Below, piece by piece: positions 40,690 to 42,116 of a stretch of DNA of 42,116 nt (within the stretch, counting starts at the first letter, position 1; each line of letters starts with the position of its first letter). The stretch is from Candidatus Micrarchaeota archaeon (GTDB lineage Archaea > Micrarchaeota > Micrarchaeia > Anstonellales > Bilamarchaeaceae), in assembly GCA_023248035.1 (NCBI GenBank), contig JAHFFJ010000004.1, forward strand, positions 12,048 to 54,163, given 5' to 3'. Both the position numbers and the translations under genes were made by a program. Under the pieces are notes generated by a model that did not search any database, was not told the DNA's origin, and worked only from the letters and a program-made list of their open reading frames with translations.

Positions 40690-41376
40690 ATGGATCGAGT
40701 AAAGACTGGAATATCTGGAATGGACGAAATGCTTAATGGGGGGATTCCAACTGGAAGACATGTAGCTCTTTATGGCGGACCAGGATCAGGAAAATCATCA
40801 TTCTGTTTTGAGTTCCTCTATCAGGGTGCAAAAATGGGCGAACCGGGACTCTACATTACTCTCGAAGAAACTACTGAAGATATAATAGATAATATGAAAA
40901 ACACATTCCCACTTCTCACCGAGACATCAAAGTTGATAGAAGCAAAAAAGCTTGAAATAGTAAAACCAGAAAAGCTCGACCTTGAAGATGTAGCTAATCT
41001 TCTTGAAGATCGGATCACATCTAACGGGATAAAGCGTGCGGTTATAGATTCCTCGACAATGATCCGCCTTTCTTTCCAGAGTGAGGTGGAATACAGGCAG
41101 ACTCTTTTCGAATTCCTTTCTCTCCTTCGTAATCTCGATGTTACTACTATTACGACTGTGGAAGCAACATCCGCAAGAAAAGAAGAAATGAGATTCGATA
41201 TCGAACAGTTTGTTATGGATGGAATCATAAACCTCTATAATCTCGATCGCGAGGATAGGCGGGTTCGTGCGCTTGAAATCTTCAAAATGCGTGGGAGTGA
41301 CCACTCGCGTGATCTCGTGCCATTTAAGGTGACGCCATCGGGAATCAAGGTTTATGTGGGTGAAAAAGTCTTCTAA
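40690..41376 (+). CDS. KaiC/RecA-superfamily ATPase (single domain)
   Basis: GISGMDEMLNGGIPTGRHVALYGGPGSGKSSFCFEFLYQGAKMGEPGLYITLEE and ALEIFKMRGSDH. Confidence 0.85.
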   Translation: MDRVKTGISGMDEMLNGGIPTGRHVALYGGPGSGKSSFCFEFLYQGAKMGEPGLYITLEETTEDIIDNMKNTFPLLTETSKLIEAKKLEIVKPEKLDLEDVANLLEDRITSNGIKRAVIDSSTMIRLSFQSEVEYRQTLFEFLSLLRNLDVTTITTVEATSARKEEMRFDIEQFVMDGIINLYNLDREDRRVRALEIFKMRGSDHSRDLVPFKVTPSGIKVYVGEKVF

Positions 41377-41640
41377 TAAAAGGAACCAATGGTTCCTTTT
41401 TATCCTCCTTTTTAAGTGATCATGGTTCTTTTTGAATCTCCTTTGAAAAGGACCAAGGTCCTTTTCTAATCTCCTTTTCTTTGAATGGTTCTGTTCCAAT
41501 CTCCTTTTTATTTGAAATGAAAGAAACCAAGGTTTCTTTTTAACTTCCTTTTGAAAGGAAACTACGTTTCCTTTCTAACCTTCCTCCATTAGAACGGTTC
41601 TTTGCAACTTCCTTTTTCTTTCAATTCCTCCAGATGTTTA
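41377..41640. repeat. Tandem array (~7 units) of palindromic hairpins, sister of 18831-18975
   Basis: The units include aaaaggaaccaatggttcctttt, gaaaaggaccaaggtccttttc, gaaagaaaccaaggtttcttttt and gaaaggaaactacgtttcctttc, plus degenerate ones. The spacers are atcctcc, aatctcc, taatctcc and aacttcc. The first ~32 nt are near-identical to the start of the 18831 array. Confidence 0.75.
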
Positions 41641-41771
41641 TTTGAACTTACTACTTCTACCAATTTCTACTTTCAAATGGGCTTGTAGGGCTATTTTCTG
41701 CCCGTTACGCTTCTTTATAAAATCTTTAGCGATATATTATTTCCTATTCTAATTAGTTGAGGTTATAGGAT

Positions 41772-42116
41772 ATGTACGATCATCGCAAAACAGAGAAAGA
41801 AATATTGGAGTTCTGGGAAAAGAACGATATATTCCGCAAGGTAAGGGAAAAGAATAAAGGCAATCCAACCTTTTATTTTTGTGATGGTCCACCATACGCT
41901 ACCGGTCAAATCCACCCTGGTACCGGATGGAACAAAACCATAAAAGATGCAGTCTGTAGATATCACCGATTATCTGGTAAAGATGTTCGTGCTCAGGCAG
42001 GTTATGACACCCATGGCCTTCCCATAGAAGTAAAAGTTGAGCAGGAACTCAAATTCAAGAACAAAGGTGACATAGAAAAATACGGGATAGGAAAATTCAT
42101 CGATCACTGTAAGGGG
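41772..42116 (+). CDS. ileS: Isoleucine--tRNA ligase, N-terminal part (runs off the window)
   Basis: Own translation gives MYDHRKTEKEILEFWEKNDIFRKV...FYFCDGPPYATGQIHPGTGWNKTIKDAVCRYHRLSGKDVRAQAGYDTHGLPIEVKVEQEL. This is the class I HIGH region and archaeal IleRS pattern. GAGGT lies upstream of the ATG. Confidence 0.85.
   Translation, partial: MYDHRKTEKEILEFWEKNDIFRKVREKNKGNPTFYFCDGPPYATGQIHPGTGWNKTIKDAVCRYHRLSGKDVRAQAGYDTHGLPIEVKVEQELKFKNKGDIEKYGIGKFIDHCKG

Noticed and set aside
40627-40761. N-terminal extensions of track ORFs (rfcS to 40761, pdxS from 24480, secreted protein to 38916, rSAM from 10395)
   Set aside because: The extensions have no homology to the respective families and overlap neighbouring genes or promoters. 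Internal ATGs coincide with the conserved N-termini, several of them with SD-like sequences.
40927-41499. 190-aa minus-strand ORF (and the 68-aa ORF at 18802-19008)
   Set aside because: They are read through the hairpin arrays and antisense to the KaiC-like gene. They are low-complexity, repeat-driven ORFs.

Overview
This is an AT-rich (judged by eye), gene-dense archaeal chromosomal segment. Archaeal hallmarks are an archaeal/eukaryal-type GlyRS, archaeal AlaRS, ribosomal protein L10e, RFC small subunit, a Nop5-like protein, a short archaeal TIM, cupin-type PGI, archaeal-type PEP carboxylase, and TATA-like boxes 22-35 nt upstream of the tRNA genes. Housekeeping content includes glyS, alaS, hisS and the 5' part of ileS, plus pdxS/pdxT, malic enzyme and an aspartase-family lyase. 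There are also two KaiC/RecA-like ATPases, two GNAT acetyltransferases, a CaCA antiporter, HEAT/solenoid repeat proteins, several wHTH proteins, secreted and membrane proteins, and one IS200/IS605-type tnpA. The main result concerns the tRNA genes. All five (Gln-CUG, Pro-UGG, Thr-CGU, Gly-UCC, Ser-CGA) are interrupted, by ten introns totalling about 1.12 kb against about 0.37 kb of exon. The introns sit in the D-loop/D-arm, at the canonical 37/38 site and in the T-loop. Joining the exons by hand restores clean cloverleaves in every case. Seven or eight of the ten introns share modules of one hairpin-rich element, and six are colinear length variants of it (80-216 nt). That element is always in the same orientation as its host tRNA, and fragments of it also occur outside tRNA genes. 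Other notable items are two tandem arrays of covarying palindromic hairpins, and a translationally coupled cluster (AbrB-like / radical SAM / unknown 476 aa / M42 peptidase) marked by a 14-nt motif present three times. A Nop5 homolog has its fibrillarin-binding N-domain replaced by an RGG-rich tract, and a small protein carries a ribosomal-stalk-like C-terminal tail. All calls come from manual reading and translation. No database search, folding or statistics were run. Intron junctions are +/-3 nt, and lineage cannot be assigned from this window alone.
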